The position numbers were made by a program, and so were the translations under genes. The notes beneath the pieces are model-generated. The model was not told where the DNA came from. It was given only the letters and a program-made list of their open reading frames with translations, and ran no database searches. A stretch of DNA of 64,000 nt from Dipteris shenzhenensis (lineage: Eukaryota). Where the stretch lies: assembly GCA_047967505.1 (NCBI GenBank), contig CM106538.1. One strand, 5' to 3'. This document shows positions 63,301-64,000 of this stretch, piece after piece; the stretch's first letter is position 1, and the number at the start of each line of letters is the position of its first letter.

Positions 63301-64000
63301 AAATAGCATCAATGTTTGTGTCATTCATAACATCCTTTGCATATATTTTTTATTTTGTAGTGCTCCTTTACACAAATGAACCCAAACTGATTGCATGACC
63401 TTATTGATTAAAACTTTAATCGATTTGAAGAACAAATTTGGTATATTTTGTGAGAAATGCAGAGATGTGTGTGCTAATTCCCATTTTGCTATGTCTTGGT
63501 ATGTTAACCTTGTGTTTCCAATTTGTCTTTCATGTCCGAAAAACAGTGTTGGAAAGTTTAGTTCTTCACTGTGTTTGTCTTGAAACAAACCTAATGGTGT
63601 GTTGTCTTCACAAGGAGTGACATTGACATCTATTTCGTAATCTACAACTTGTTCGATTGTAATAAGATTATGTATTAATGTGTCTGTGTAGTTGTCATTG
63701 TTTTCCTCACTATCAGCCTCGTCATTGCTATTGTATTCTTAACTTGTCTGGTCACTGTGTATTATTTGTTGTAAATGTTCAATCCATTTGTTGCTTATTT
63801 CAACATTGTTAGCTTTATATAGCGGTGTTTGAATAAGGGTATGTAGTGCTCGCATCAGGATATTCGGACGAACTTTTTCGAGAAAATATGTACTCTTATA
63901 TTGTAATTTTTTTTTAATTCCAAGGATTATGGATGATTCATCATTAATGAATCGTGGTAAGATATGTTGTACTTTACTTGTATTGGATACAACATTAACA
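60380..64000 (-). mobile_element. Decayed Helitron-like Rep-PIF1 helicase of the Helentron/Helitron2 (HLE2) type; continues beyond the window
   Basis: Rep motifs SEELNFPTLFFG, DAFAMMRQLGRPTFFMTLSCAE, EFQNRGS*HEHGILW (HUH, ~62880-62930), WQSSMDIQYIIDPYSATTYCTSYMTK (Y2, ~62355-62430). Helicase motifs GGTGAGKT, DEISLVG, LRQN, DGLVNGANG, QFPIQP. The final helicase motifs are missing. Confidence 0.88.

Overview
Eukaryotic, repeat-dominated plant genomic DNA; the PLS-type PPR remnants and TE content suggest a fern or other seed-free land plant (inference). No intact host gene is visible. Left to right: (1) 1-10.3 kb, a decayed Gypsy (Athila/Tat-like) region with extra ORF remnants, a candidate LTR, a tRNA-Asp-type PBS, fold-back hairpins and a protease remnant. 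(2) 10.35-13.8 kb, an LTR-less Copia remnant bracketed by 311-bp direct repeats and split by an ~860-bp microsatellite. (3) A full-length Tnt1/Tork-like Copia copy (A1, 15778-21662, TSD CCAAC). (4) A second Copia family (B, 24200-42322, minus strand, TSD GGAGG) whose integrase holds two more A copies inserted head-to-head 54 bp apart (A2 26807-32691, A3 32746-39421). A3 itself carries a 755-bp TIR element with no target-site duplication and a 383-bp internal palindrome. (5) A pseudogene resembling the C-terminal half of a microbial-type Fe2OG dioxygenase-domain protein. (6) A full-length L1/Tx1-type LINE (47749-54975, 15-bp TSD). (7) An orphan nucleoside-hydrolase exon and PPR relics. (8) A decayed Helentron/Helitron2-type Rep-helicase running off the right edge. 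All alignments and counts were done by eye, and family assignments come from motif recognition rather than database searches.
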